The notes under the pieces are model-generated. The model did not search any database and was not told where the DNA came from. It saw nothing but the letters and a program-made list of their open reading frames with translations. A program made the position numbers and the translations under genes. Below, piece by piece: positions 17,480 to 26,301 of a DNA stretch of 32,000 nt (position 1 is the stretch's first letter; each line of letters opens with the position of its first letter). Location: assembly GCA_016196885.1 (NCBI GenBank), contig JACPWU010000020.1:64650-96649 (forward strand), read 5' to 3'. The stretch comes from Chlamydiota bacterium (GTDB lineage: Bacteria > Auribacterota > JACPWU01).

Positions 17480-20400
17480 TCACCCCGCCACAACCGCCTC
17501 ACTCTTCGCTTCTTCCTTGGGAAGGCGAATCGAGACAATCTTGGAAATCCCAGAATCCTCCATCGTCACACCATAAATCACATCGGCAACACTGATGGTT
17601 CTCTTGTTGTGAGTAATCAAGATAAACTGAGTCTGGGATTTAAATTCATCGAGCAAGGAAAGAAAACGCATGATGTTGGATTCATCTAAAGCGGCGTCCA
17701 TTTCATCCATGAAACAAAAGGGGCTCGGCCTCACCTTAAAAATGGCCAAGAGAAGTGACACGGCCGTCAAAGTTTTCTCTCCCCCGGAAAGAAGAGAAAT
17801 CGCCTGAAGTTTTTTCCCAGGCGGCTGCGCCGAAATATTGATTCCACACTCCAAAACATCCCCATCCTCCAAAAGTTCCACAACTGCCCGCCCGCCTCCA
17901 AAGAGCCTTCGATAAATCTCATTAAACGTGTCGCGTATTTTCTCAAAAGTTCCTACAAATAATTCGCGGATGGTGACATTGATTTTTTGAATGGCCTTCA
18001 CCAAATCATCTTTTGCGTGCATCAAGTCTTCCTGCTGCTTCAGTAAAAATTCATATCGGGCACGATGTTCGTCAAATTCCTGAATGGCCACCAAATTCAC
18101 CTCACCCATTTGCCTCAGCTTTTCCTGAAGCTCTAAAATACGCTGATGAACCTCTTCCATGGGCAGAGCCTCCGATTCCAATGGAAACTCAGAAAGAGAG
18201 ACATCATATTTTTCCTTCATCCTTTGAACTAAATTCTCGCACTGTAACGTGGCTTGAGCCTTTTTGACCTCTAAATGAGAAAGACTCTCCCGCATCTCAT
18301 CCAATCGAGCCACATTCCCACTCAAGATTTCTTGATTCTGGCGAATGGTTTCAGTCATTTTTCCAACCCTTTTCGAAACTTCATCGCGCCTCACCCCTAA
18401 AGACACCTTCTCTTGGGAAAAGGATTCTAGATTCTTAGAAAGCAGTTCTATCTTGGCCCCCATTTCTGTTTTTTTCGCATGGGCCGCATTCAAATCCAAG
18501 TTTCTCTTCTCAATCAAACGCCCCAACTCCTCAAGGCCGGTTTCGAGCTCATGAATTCTCTGGGCAAAACGGGCCTCCTCTTCTTCGATGGACCGGCTCA
18601 TCACCTTCACCTCAGCCAACTCGGACAGCGCCACTTCCTTCTCATTTTCCAAAGCAGTCACGGTTTGATCCTGATGCGCAATCCCTTCCGCTAAGAGATT
18701 GATTTCAAGAGTCAAATGTTTCAAGCGGTCAGAAATCTGAGAAACCATTTTTTCTAAATCGTTCACCTCCTGCATCAAATCTTTCTCTTCATTTGAAATT
18801 CCACTCTCTTCCTCTTGAAGGTCTTTCAACTTGGAAAGCAAGCGCTCGAAATGACCTGACACATTGGCCCACTCCAATTCCTTCAAACGCAATTGATCTC
18901 GCTCTGTAGAAATCTCCCGATCCAACCTATTTCCCTTTTCCTGAAGAGGCTCCCTTTTCTTTTCCAAAGCACGAAGACGGCCCGAAATGGCTTCAATATC
19001 AGCATCCAAAGCTTGAAGGTCTACGACTGTTTCATCGGAAATCCCATTAAAATTCCAAGTCCCATCTCGATCCAACAAATCTCCATCCAAAGTCACAAAG
19101 CGAAAACGGCCGAGACTCTCCACAGGAATGGCTTGAAATGAGCGGCTCGTTTTCAAAATAACCAAATCGCCCAGAATAGAAGCGACCGCATTTTGATATT
19201 CTGAAGAACATTGAACCCAATCCTTGGCATAGCCTATAAAGCCATCCAAACCTGATAAATCAAATGCTTCAGGACTTGCAACCACCGTGTCCAACGGGAA
19301 AAAAACAGTTTGATGAATTTTTTCAATGCGGGTCCGTGTCTCTTTTAGAATGCACATCCATTTTCGACCCAGAACTGTTTGAAAGGCCTTCCTCATTTCC
19401 CTGGGGATTTTCAAAATACCTTGGAGGGAAATTTCCTTCCCAGCAACAGACGATTGAGATTCTTCCTGAAGAGCGCCCAACTGCCAAGCCACTTCACGCT
19501 TGGCAGTACATTTAAGAAACTCCCCCTTCTCTTTTTCAATCTCTTCGGAAATCTCTTTCATCTCGCCTTCAAAAAAAATTTTCTCGCCCAAGAGAATTTT
19601 CAAACGCTCCTCAATTTGCTTCACATCGCAAGACAAACTGTCTTTTAATTGCTGGCATTGACTTTTCTCATGCTCCTTTTCCTGAATATGGAGCATGACT
19701 TTTTCACGCTCTGTCTCCAATTTTTCTTCTCTCAGCACCCAATCTTTCTCGCGATGGTGATGCACCATTCTCTGATTGTTAAGCTGGGCCTCTTTCTCTT
19801 TCAGGTCTAGAAATTGAGCCTTCAGAAGATTGAGTTTTTCCTGACTTTCTTCAAATTTTTTAATGATGAATTCCAGCCGCGTTTTTCGCCCTTCTAAATC
19901 TTCCTTTCGATCCCGATGGGACTCCATAAAGGCCTGACGACCCTTCTCTTCTTGATCGAGCTCGGACCTCAAAGAAGCGACCCTCTCTTGAGACCGCACC
20001 ACCTCCTCCTGATCAGAAACCATTCGGAAATCAATCTCGAGAATTCTTTCTTTCAAAAGTTCAATCTCGCTCCCAGCATTCTGAAACTTATGAAAAAGCT
20101 CGGCGTCCCTCTTTTCTAACTGGGCCAGCTCCTCAAAAGTGGATTTGTGATTCTTCTCAATTTCCTGAATCTTCCCCTGAAGGGCCTCCACCTCCTTTTG
20201 AAACTCATCCCGCAGAAACGTCCTCTCCCCCATCTCAACTTCTAAATTCTTGAGCTCCAGAGAGCGTTCCTCAAACTCAAGTCTTGCCACTTTTAATTCA
20301 AGTGCCTTCAACTCCTCTCGCGCCTCTTGATAACGCCGGGCCTTGCCTGCCTGCCTCTCCAGAGAAATAATCTGGCGCTTCACCTCGCGAATAATATCCG

Positions 20401-20974
20401 CCAGCCGAAGCAGATTGGCATCTGTGGACTCCAAGCGATGAAGGCTCGCCACCTTTTTCACTTTATATTTCATAATCCCAGCCGCCTCTTCAAAAACGGC
20501 TCGGCGATCTTCAGGCTTGGCGCTTAGAACGAGATCAATTTTCCCCTGTTCTAAAAGGAAATAGGCGTTGGTGCCAATCCCCGTTCCCATGAACAATTCA
20601 CGGACGTCACGCAAAAGGCAGGGATTCTGATTAATGAGGTATTGACTCTCTCCAGATCGGAAAAGTCGGCGAGTGATCGTCACTTCATGATAGCCCAGGG
20701 GAAGAACCCCCTCAGCCTCCACAAAAGTCGCTGAAACCTCAGCACGGCCAACGGCCTTACGCTGATCGGTCCCATTGAAAATCACATCCTCCATTTGAGC
20801 CCCCCTCAAAAGGCGGGGATTCTGCTCACCAAACACCCAGCGAAGGGCATCCGCCACATTGCTCTTTCCACAACCATTGGGCCCCACAATCGCAGTCAAC
20901 CCACGTTCAAGTTCCACTCCCATCTTTTCAGCAAAAGACTTGAACCCAACCATCTCAATTCTCTTTAAATACAC
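17480..20974 (-). CDS. smc: Chromosome segregation protein SMC
   Basis: MYLKRIEMVGFKSF start (GTG codon, AGGGGG SD), Walker A GPNGCGKSN, long coiled coils, signature LSGGEKTL and Walker B FCFMDEMDAALD. 1164 aa. Confidence 0.95.
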   Translation of the reverse strand: MYLKRIEMVGFKSFAEKMGVELERGLTAIVGPNGCGKSNVADALRWVFGEQNPRLLRGAQMEDVIFNGTDQRKAVGRAEVSATFVEAEGVLPLGYHEVTITRRLFRSGESQYLINQNPCLLRDVRELFMGTGIGTNAYFLLEQGKIDLVLSAKPEDRRAVFEEAAGIMKYKVKKVASLHRLESTDANLLRLADIIREVKRQIISLERQAGKARRYQEAREELKALELKVARLEFEERSLELKNLEVEMGERTFLRDEFQKEVEALQGKIQEIEKNHKSTFEELAQLEKRDAELFHKFQNAGSEIELLKERILEIDFRMVSDQEEVVRSQERVASLRSELDQEEKGRQAFMESHRDRKEDLEGRKTRLEFIIKKFEESQEKLNLLKAQFLDLKEKEAQLNNQRMVHHHREKDWVLREEKLETEREKVMLHIQEKEHEKSQCQQLKDSLSCDVKQIEERLKILLGEKIFFEGEMKEISEEIEKEKGEFLKCTAKREVAWQLGALQEESQSSVAGKEISLQGILKIPREMRKAFQTVLGRKWMCILKETRTRIEKIHQTVFFPLDTVVASPEAFDLSGLDGFIGYAKDWVQCSSEYQNAVASILGDLVILKTSRSFQAIPVESLGRFRFVTLDGDLLDRDGTWNFNGISDETVVDLQALDADIEAISGRLRALEKKREPLQEKGNRLDREISTERDQLRLKELEWANVSGHFERLLSKLKDLQEEESGISNEEKDLMQEVNDLEKMVSQISDRLKHLTLEINLLAEGIAHQDQTVTALENEKEVALSELAEVKVMSRSIEEEEARFAQRIHELETGLEELGRLIEKRNLDLNAAHAKKTEMGAKIELLSKNLESFSQEKVSLGVRRDEVSKRVGKMTETIRQNQEILSGNVARLDEMRESLSHLEVKKAQATLQCENLVQRMKEKYDVSLSEFPLESEALPMEEVHQRILELQEKLRQMGEVNLVAIQEFDEHRARYEFLLKQQEDLMHAKDDLVKAIQKINVTIRELFVGTFEKIRDTFNEIYRRLFGGGRAVVELLEDGDVLECGINISAQPPGKKLQAISLLSGGEKTLTAVSLLLAIFKVRPSPFCFMDEMDAALDESNIMRFLSLLDEFKSQTQFILITHNKRTISVADVIYGVTMEDSGISKIVSIRLPKEEAKSEAVVAG

Positions 20975-21223
20975 AACGCCCCCTTTTTACAACATCCTGT
21001 GGCCTACAACCTGAACCTACCACAACCTATGGGGGTGTTCAATACAAATATCCATATTTTTCGTAAAATTTTCATGTTCCGGTGAGCCCCCACTGTTCAA
21101 AGATGCTGCCAACTGTGTGCGATGAAATCCTCCCTTATGTACATGCCTTTTGATTCAAAGTGGAGTGAGTGGATCGCCGAGATACTCCTTTCATCTCTAC
21201 CCCAAATAAGATAGGATCAAACC

Positions 21224-22060
21224 ATGTCCAGCGTCAGCTTGATTATTCCTACTTACAACCGAGCCTCATTCTTGAAAGAGGCCTTGGATTCTGTTTTCGA
21301 TCAAGAGAGAAGGCCCGATGAAATCATCGTCATTGACGATGGCTCTACGGATGAAACTCAAAGGATTGTGAATTCATTCAAAGACATTCACTATTTTTAT
21401 CAGCCCAACCAAGGGGTCAGTTCTGCAAGAAATCAAGGAATCAAAATGGCTCAAGCAGAATGGATCACATTTTTAGACTCTGATGATTTGTGGCTCCCCG
21501 ATAAGCTTAAAGTCCAATTAGAAATCACTCAAGCCTATCCCTATTTTCAAATCTTTTACACGGACGAAATTTGGATCCGCAAAGGTAAACGCGTGAATCA
21601 AGGCAAGCGCCACTCCAAATATGGCGGCTGGATTTTTGAGCAGTGTCTTCCCTTGTGCATCATCAGCCCCTCTTCTATGATGATTCACAAAAATATTTTC
21701 AAGACCATCGGCTTCTTTGATGAATCGCTCCCGGCCTGCGAAGACTATGATTTGTGGCTGAGAACCGCTCTTCGTCATCCCATTTACTTCTTTCCAAAAC
21801 CTTTAATCGTCAAAAGGGGTGGACACGAAGATCAACTTTCCAAAAAATTCTTTGGCCTGGATCGCTTTCGCGTTCAAGCCCTTCAGAAAATTCTGCAGGA
21901 TCCCCTTCTATCCCCCACCCAAAAAGAATTGGTTCTCGAAGAAATTGAAAAAAAGAGCATGATTTACGCACAAGGATGCTTAAAAAGAAATCGCATGGAA
22001 GAATATGAACATTATCGAAAAGCCCATTTCAGAATTGATTCAACTTTCATCCCCTTTTGA
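21224..22060 (+). CDS. Family 2 glycosyltransferase
   Basis: LIIPTYNR, VIDDGSTDET and DSDD (DxD) motifs typical of the GT-A/GT2 fold. Confidence 0.88.
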   Translation: MSSVSLIIPTYNRASFLKEALDSVFDQERRPDEIIVIDDGSTDETQRIVNSFKDIHYFYQPNQGVSSARNQGIKMAQAEWITFLDSDDLWLPDKLKVQLEITQAYPYFQIFYTDEIWIRKGKRVNQGKRHSKYGGWIFEQCLPLCIISPSSMMIHKNIFKTIGFFDESLPACEDYDLWLRTALRHPIYFFPKPLIVKRGGHEDQLSKKFFGLDRFRVQALQKILQDPLLSPTQKELVLEEIEKKSMIYAQGCLKRNRMEEYEHYRKAHFRIDSTFIPF

Positions 22061-22994
22061 TTTCTCTTACGGCCCCCTACCCAAAGGGATGAAAAACTCC
22101 ATTGGAAAAATGGGCGTTATCAACATGCCTCAAATTTATGAAGGGGAAGAAACCATTCTCATCACTGGGAAAAGAAGACTCAAAATGGTTTATGAATTGA
22201 ATCCTCATCAAAGACTTCACATTAAAATTTTCAAAAAAAACGAGCTCAGCGAGGAAAAGGCTTTTCAAATTCATCTCTTCGACAATTTATCAACACGGTC
22301 TCTCAACCCAATGGAAAAATCAAATGTCTTGAAAATTCTGAAAAGTCATTTTAATTTAAATCCTGAAACCCTGCAAAAGGAATACCTCCCATACTTGGAA
22401 CTCCCCCTCAAAGAAGAAATTCTTGCAGACTATCTGAAATTACAAAATCTGTCTTCCAAAGCCAAAGAGGGGGTCGCCGCTCAAATCCTACAAGTGGACA
22501 CCGCGGTCAAGATCTTAAAATTTCCTTCTAAAGATCAAGAAATACTCCTGACCCTGATAGAAACGCTTCATCTGGGCATCCATCCTCAAAAAAATCTAAT
22601 CACTTATGCGTGGGAAATTTCTCAAAAGAAGAAACTCTTTATTTCAGAATGGATAAAAAGAGAAGTCATTCAAGACATCTTAAAAAAGGAGGAGTGGTCA
22701 AGCGCCCAAAAATGGGCCAAGCTTGAAAGCGAACTCCGGCGCGAACGCTACCCCCTCCTAAAGAGTTTAGAAAGTCATTTTGCTGAAATAAAAAAAGACC
22801 TTCATTTGCCTCCCGCCCTCACACTTCAACATCCTCCCTACTTTGAAACAAATGACTATCTCCTTCAATGGCGCTTTAAAAACGAGGCGCAATATCGCTC
22901 GGGTCTTCAGCTTCTAAACAAGATAGAATCTACAAAATCTTTTCACGGACTTTTTGAATTAACGGAAGAAAATGGTCAAACGATACTTTCCTAA
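22005..22994 (+). CDS. Divergent ParB/Srx-fold (ParB N-terminal domain-like) protein
   Basis: The N-terminus shows the ParBc pattern MKNSIGKMGVINMP...ILITGKRRLKMVYEL (a GxRR box), followed by an ENL-type helix region LFDNLSTRSLNPMEKSNVLKIL. The C-terminal ~180 aa are unassigned. Overlaps the GT2 gene by 56 nt if the ATG at 22005 is used. Confidence 0.65.
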   Translation: MNIIEKPISELIQLSSPFDFSYGPLPKGMKNSIGKMGVINMPQIYEGEETILITGKRRLKMVYELNPHQRLHIKIFKKNELSEEKAFQIHLFDNLSTRSLNPMEKSNVLKILKSHFNLNPETLQKEYLPYLELPLKEEILADYLKLQNLSSKAKEGVAAQILQVDTAVKILKFPSKDQEILLTLIETLHLGIHPQKNLITYAWEISQKKKLFISEWIKREVIQDILKKEEWSSAQKWAKLESELRRERYPLLKSLESHFAEIKKDLHLPPALTLQHPPYFETNDYLLQWRFKNEAQYRSGLQLLNKIESTKSFHGLFELTEENGQTILS

Positions 22995-24060
22995 AAAACT
23001 TTTCATTGAAGATGCGGTCAGAGAAGAACCGTTGACCCAAACTGTCTTAAAAAATTTATCCTATCTTTCCCCTGAATATTTCTCTGGAGGCGTTGAGGAT
23101 CATTTTTCAAAACTTTCCCTCAAAGATGGGAAAGAGGTGCTTGTTCTCGCGCAAAAAAGAGGGCGTTTTCTAAAGGCCTGTCCCGGCTCAAAAGATTCTC
23201 TTTGCTGTGGGTATTTTATCTTGGAATCTCAAAGCAATTGTAATTATGACTGCACTTATTGTGTGCTGCAAAGTTACTTGACGAGCCCCCCCTTGATTGT
23301 TTACCCCAATGTTCAGGATATGTTTAACGAATTAACAGGTATCTTTGAAACAAGTCCTAAAATTTCATTTCGCATTGGAACGGGAGAGCTGAGCGACAGC
23401 CTATCGCTGGATCACATCACAGAATACACTAAAATTCTGACCCCCTTTTTTGCAAAGCAGAAAAGGGCCTGTATTGAACTTAAAACAAAATCTACAGAGA
23501 TTCACAATCTAAAAAATCTCGATCATCAAAAACACACCATTGTCTCGTGGTCTTTAAACACCGTTCGCATGGCACAAAAAGAAGAACTCAAAGCCGCAAG
23601 CATTGACGAGAGAATGGAGGCGGCACGCCTTTGCCAAGACTGGGGATATCCCATCAGTTTCCATCTCGAACCCCTGCTCTATTATCCCGAATGGCAAGAA
23701 GATTATCGAGAATTGATTGCTAAAATTTTTCAGGTGATTCGTCCTGAAAACATTGTTTGGATCAGTCTCGGCGGCCTTCGACTCATGGAAGGGCTTAAAG
23801 ACTTTGCCGAGGAAAGATTTCCCAAAAGCTCTTTTCTTTATGAAGAGCTGATTCCAGGGAGCGACAAAAAATTGCGCTATCTCAAAATCATCCGCCTTGA
23901 AATGTATCGGGTGATTTCTCATTGGATTCGAGAATGGGGCGGGAAAGTCCCCATGTATCTCTGCATGGAGGCGAGCGATCTTTGGAGAAAAGGCCTTGGA
24001 TACGATTTTGAGAATGCTGAAAAGACGGACGAGTATTTAGGGAAAAGAGTTTTTAGATAA
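22972..24060 (+). CDS. Spore-photoproduct-lyase-family radical SAM enzyme
   Basis: The YFPKKLFIE start, CPGSKDSLCCGYFIL and the CxxxCxxC cluster CNYDCTYC at residues 90/94/97. From memory, B. subtilis SplB uses Cys 91/95/98. Overlaps the ParB-like gene by 23 nt. Confidence 0.82.
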   Translation: MVKRYFPKKLFIEDAVREEPLTQTVLKNLSYLSPEYFSGGVEDHFSKLSLKDGKEVLVLAQKRGRFLKACPGSKDSLCCGYFILESQSNCNYDCTYCVLQSYLTSPPLIVYPNVQDMFNELTGIFETSPKISFRIGTGELSDSLSLDHITEYTKILTPFFAKQKRACIELKTKSTEIHNLKNLDHQKHTIVSWSLNTVRMAQKEELKAASIDERMEAARLCQDWGYPISFHLEPLLYYPEWQEDYRELIAKIFQVIRPENIVWISLGGLRLMEGLKDFAEERFPKSSFLYEELIPGSDKKLRYLKIIRLEMYRVISHWIREWGGKVPMYLCMEASDLWRKGLGYDFENAEKTDEYLGKRVFR

Positions 24061-24077
24061 TGAGCGATCATCATTTT

Positions 24078-24968
24078 TCAAAGATTTTTGATCGTCATCT
24101 GAGCCGCCTTCAAGGTATTTTTTAAGAGCATGGCAACCGTCATAAGTCCAATCCCTCCGGGGACCGGTGTAATGGCCGCGGCCTTTTTTGAAACCCCATC
24201 GAAATCTACATCCCCGACCAGGCGATATCCTTTTTCTGAAAGTGGATCTGAAACGCGATTGATCCCCACATCCACCACCACCACTCCCTCTCTCACAGCT
24301 TCGGCCTGGATGAATTGAGGTTTTCCTATGGCAGCCACAATGATTTCGGCCATTTTAAGATGCGCCTTTAAATTCTTTGTCCCCGAATGACATAAAGTCA
24401 CCGTGGCATTGGTCCCAAAATCTTTTTGAGCAAAAAGGGCGGCCACCGGTTTTCCCACAATGTTTGAACGGCCCACCACAACCACGTGGCGACCTTCCAT
24501 CGGAATTTGATACCGTTTCAGAATTTCAATCACCCCCAAAGGCGTGCACGGAACAAATTGAGGAATTCCCAAAAGCAGCCTGCCCATGTTAAAAGGGTGA
24601 AAGCCATCCACATCTTTTTCAGGGAGGATGGTCTCGTAGATGAGAGATTCCTGAATGTGAGGCGGCAGGGGATGTTGGACCAAGATGCCGTGAATATCGG
24701 GGCGCTGATTTAATTTTTGGATGCAGTCTAAAAGTTCAGTCTCTTGAGTTTGAAAAGGAAGACGTATCTCTTCCGATAAAAAACCCACCTCTTGGCAGGC
24801 CTTGGCCTTACTGCGCACATACACCTTTGAAGCTGGATCCTCCCCCACCAAAAGAACGGCCAAGCCCGGCTGAAGATTCCTAGAGCGCTTCAGTTCTTCA
24901 GTCTGGCGAGCGACCTCTTCCCGAACCCTCTGGGAAATTATTTTGCCATCGAGCAGTGTAAAACTCAT
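24078..24968 (-). CDS. folD: Bifunctional methylenetetrahydrofolate dehydrogenase/cyclohydrolase
   Basis: The LLVGEDPASKVYVRSK, VVVGRSNIVGKP and ITPVPGGIGLMTVAMLL motifs. GGGAG SD. Confidence 0.95.
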   Translation of the reverse strand: MSFTLLDGKIISQRVREEVARQTEELKRSRNLQPGLAVLLVGEDPASKVYVRSKAKACQEVGFLSEEIRLPFQTQETELLDCIQKLNQRPDIHGILVQHPLPPHIQESLIYETILPEKDVDGFHPFNMGRLLLGIPQFVPCTPLGVIEILKRYQIPMEGRHVVVVGRSNIVGKPVAALFAQKDFGTNATVTLCHSGTKNLKAHLKMAEIIVAAIGKPQFIQAEAVREGVVVVDVGINRVSDPLSEKGYRLVGDVDFDGVSKKAAAITPVPGGIGLMTVAMLLKNTLKAAQMTIKNL

Positions 24969-25029
24969 CTATCTCTCCCAAAAGCTGAAGTGTACCATAT
25001 TTTGGAAGGGTTCAAAATAGGAAGTGAAA

Positions 25030-25332
25030 CCCCAAGGACAGAGATAGAAAATGAGAACTCAAGAGCGACAGCTTGGCCCAGATGGACTTGAAGAAAACGT
25101 AGGCACACTCGCGACCGAGTTCGGGTACCCGCTTGCGGGTGAACGAGGAAGTGGTTGGAGCCCGTCAGGCGGAAACCATAGGGTACGTCGTTTCCTAAGG
25201 AAAAGAAACATCTACTAGCGCAGTCGGCCCTTTTTCTGCCTCAGGCAGCGGGCCTCCTTTACTGGCGTTTCTGAAAGTCCAGATGGGCCAAGATGTTGCG
25301 TCGAATTCCATTTTCTATCTCTGTCCTTGGGG
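25030..25332. repeat. 303-nt highly structured element closed by a perfect 24-bp inverted repeat; either MITE-like or a large ncRNA
   Basis: CCCCAAGGACAGAGATAGAAAATG (25030-25053) is the exact reverse complement of 25309-25332. A second tier pairs TTGGCCC..GGACTT with AAGTCC..GGGCCAA. The interior contains the 25112-25179 motif plus GTTTC..GAAAC and GGCCC..CTGCC-TCA-GGCAG..GGGCC hairpins. Confidence 0.7.
25112..25179 (+). ncRNA. Candidate structured RNA motif, copy 1; strand tentative
   Basis: CGACCGAGTTCGGGTACCCGCTTGCGGGTGAACGAGGAAGTGGTTGGAGCCCGTCAGGCGGAAACCAT. It is near-identical to 29301-29369 except in the two hairpin loops and 4 other positions. Plus-sense reading gives a G-U pair and a G-A/A-G internal loop. 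Confidence 0.4.
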
Positions 25333-25336
25333 AAAC

Positions 25337-26287
25337 CTAATCCACCGACACACGATCAATTTTAGTGAGTTCGATCACAGGGATGCGGCGATAGACTTGC
25401 GAAACTTGAACACCTGACACCTTCACCGCTTGATGAAGATAACGTTCCATTTGAAAAGAATTTGCCTCAATCATGCAAACCAGATGCTGGTCTTGAATCA
25501 ATTTATACCGCTTGGATCTTTGACTTAGCCCACCTGTCATTTCGAGATAGCCCTCAAAGCTTTTTTCTGAACCGTCCCCAGCCCCACCCGCTTGGAGAAC
25601 AGGTTCAGCCTTTACAGCAGATTCGCTAGACAAGGCCTCAATCGGCTGCGCAACCACAGGAACACTCGCAAGAGCGACCTCTTCCTCAGGAATCTTGGGT
25701 TTAAATTCCTCTTTTTCCAATTCCTCTGCCTCATGAAGAAGCATCTCTTTTCTGGCCTCTTTCAATTTAAGCGGGTCCGTGTCGCCCAAGGTCTTCGTCC
25801 CTTCTCCATCAGGCAAGGCATAAGTCACTAAATCTTTGCGAATCCAACCGCGGGCATTTGGAGGAGGTTTAATTTTAAGCCATTCCCCTTCTTCACCCAC
25901 CTTTTGAATTGCATCCCCTCTCATCAGTTGACAAATCACGAAACTATCTACGTTCGGCCGAAGACGGACATTCAGAGTGCTGGTTGTCACTTGATCATGC
26001 TCAACATATTTTCCGTTCACCCAAAAAAAGACATCCTCAGGGCAAGCGATTTCATACCACCCGTAGACTTCTTTATAAACTAAAACGGAGGTATCCCGGC
26101 TCAACTTCACTAAAATTTCATAATCTAAATTCCCCCCGGCTCGAACATTCACATGGTCCTCGCTCACCTTGCCTAGGAAAGGAAAGGTGACTTCAGGATT
26201 TTGGAGAGATGTTTCCTCACAGAAAATCGCAGGAGAAAAATTTCCACATAAAAGAAAAATGAGCAGGGTTCCTAAAGACAGCTTCAT
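25337..26287 (-). CDS. Secreted protein with two bacterial SH3 (SH3b) domains
   Basis: Signal peptide MKLSLGTLLIFLLCGNF from the ATG at 26287. Two SH3_3-like segments: VNVRAGGNLDYEILVKL...GWYEI and LNVRLRPNVDSFVICQL...EWLKI. Confidence 0.7.
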   Translation of the reverse strand: MKLSLGTLLIFLLCGNFSPAIFCEETSLQNPEVTFPFLGKVSEDHVNVRAGGNLDYEILVKLSRDTSVLVYKEVYGWYEIACPEDVFFWVNGKYVEHDQVTTSTLNVRLRPNVDSFVICQLMRGDAIQKVGEEGEWLKIKPPPNARGWIRKDLVTYALPDGEGTKTLGDTDPLKLKEARKEMLLHEAEELEKEEFKPKIPEEEVALASVPVVAQPIEALSSESAVKAEPVLQAGGAGDGSEKSFEGYLEMTGGLSQRSKRYKLIQDQHLVCMIEANSFQMERYLHQAVKVSGVQVSQVYRRIPVIELTKIDRVSVD

Positions 26288-26301
26288 AACGCTCTCATTA
26301 T

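Noticed and set aside
25115-25135. A tRNA T-arm-like GAGTTCGGGTACC
   Set aside because: No acceptor stem, D-arm or anticodon arm can be built around it. I found no convincing tRNA anywhere in the window.
25030-25332. 6S RNA, SRP RNA, RNase P RNA or tmRNA
   Set aside because: There is no GGAA-capped helix-8-like SRP motif, no GAGGAAAGUCCGGGC or ACAGAAnCCGGCUUA RNase P blocks, and no tRNA-like acceptor/T-arm with a CCA end for tmRNA. The perfect 24-bp closing stem and multi-branched interior are unlike the bubble-rod architecture of 6S.
24969-25336. A ZTP (pfl) or THF riboswitch upstream of folD, and analogous purine-type riboswitches upstream of guaA
   Set aside because: The gene context is suggestive. 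However, in neither strand could I find the remembered conserved cores: GGGUCGUGACUGGCG with CCGCCUGGGC for ZTP, the purine-riboswitch loops, or the ykkC-type motifs. Only short chance-level resemblances appeared. The related copy at 29292 precedes an unrelated envelope operon.
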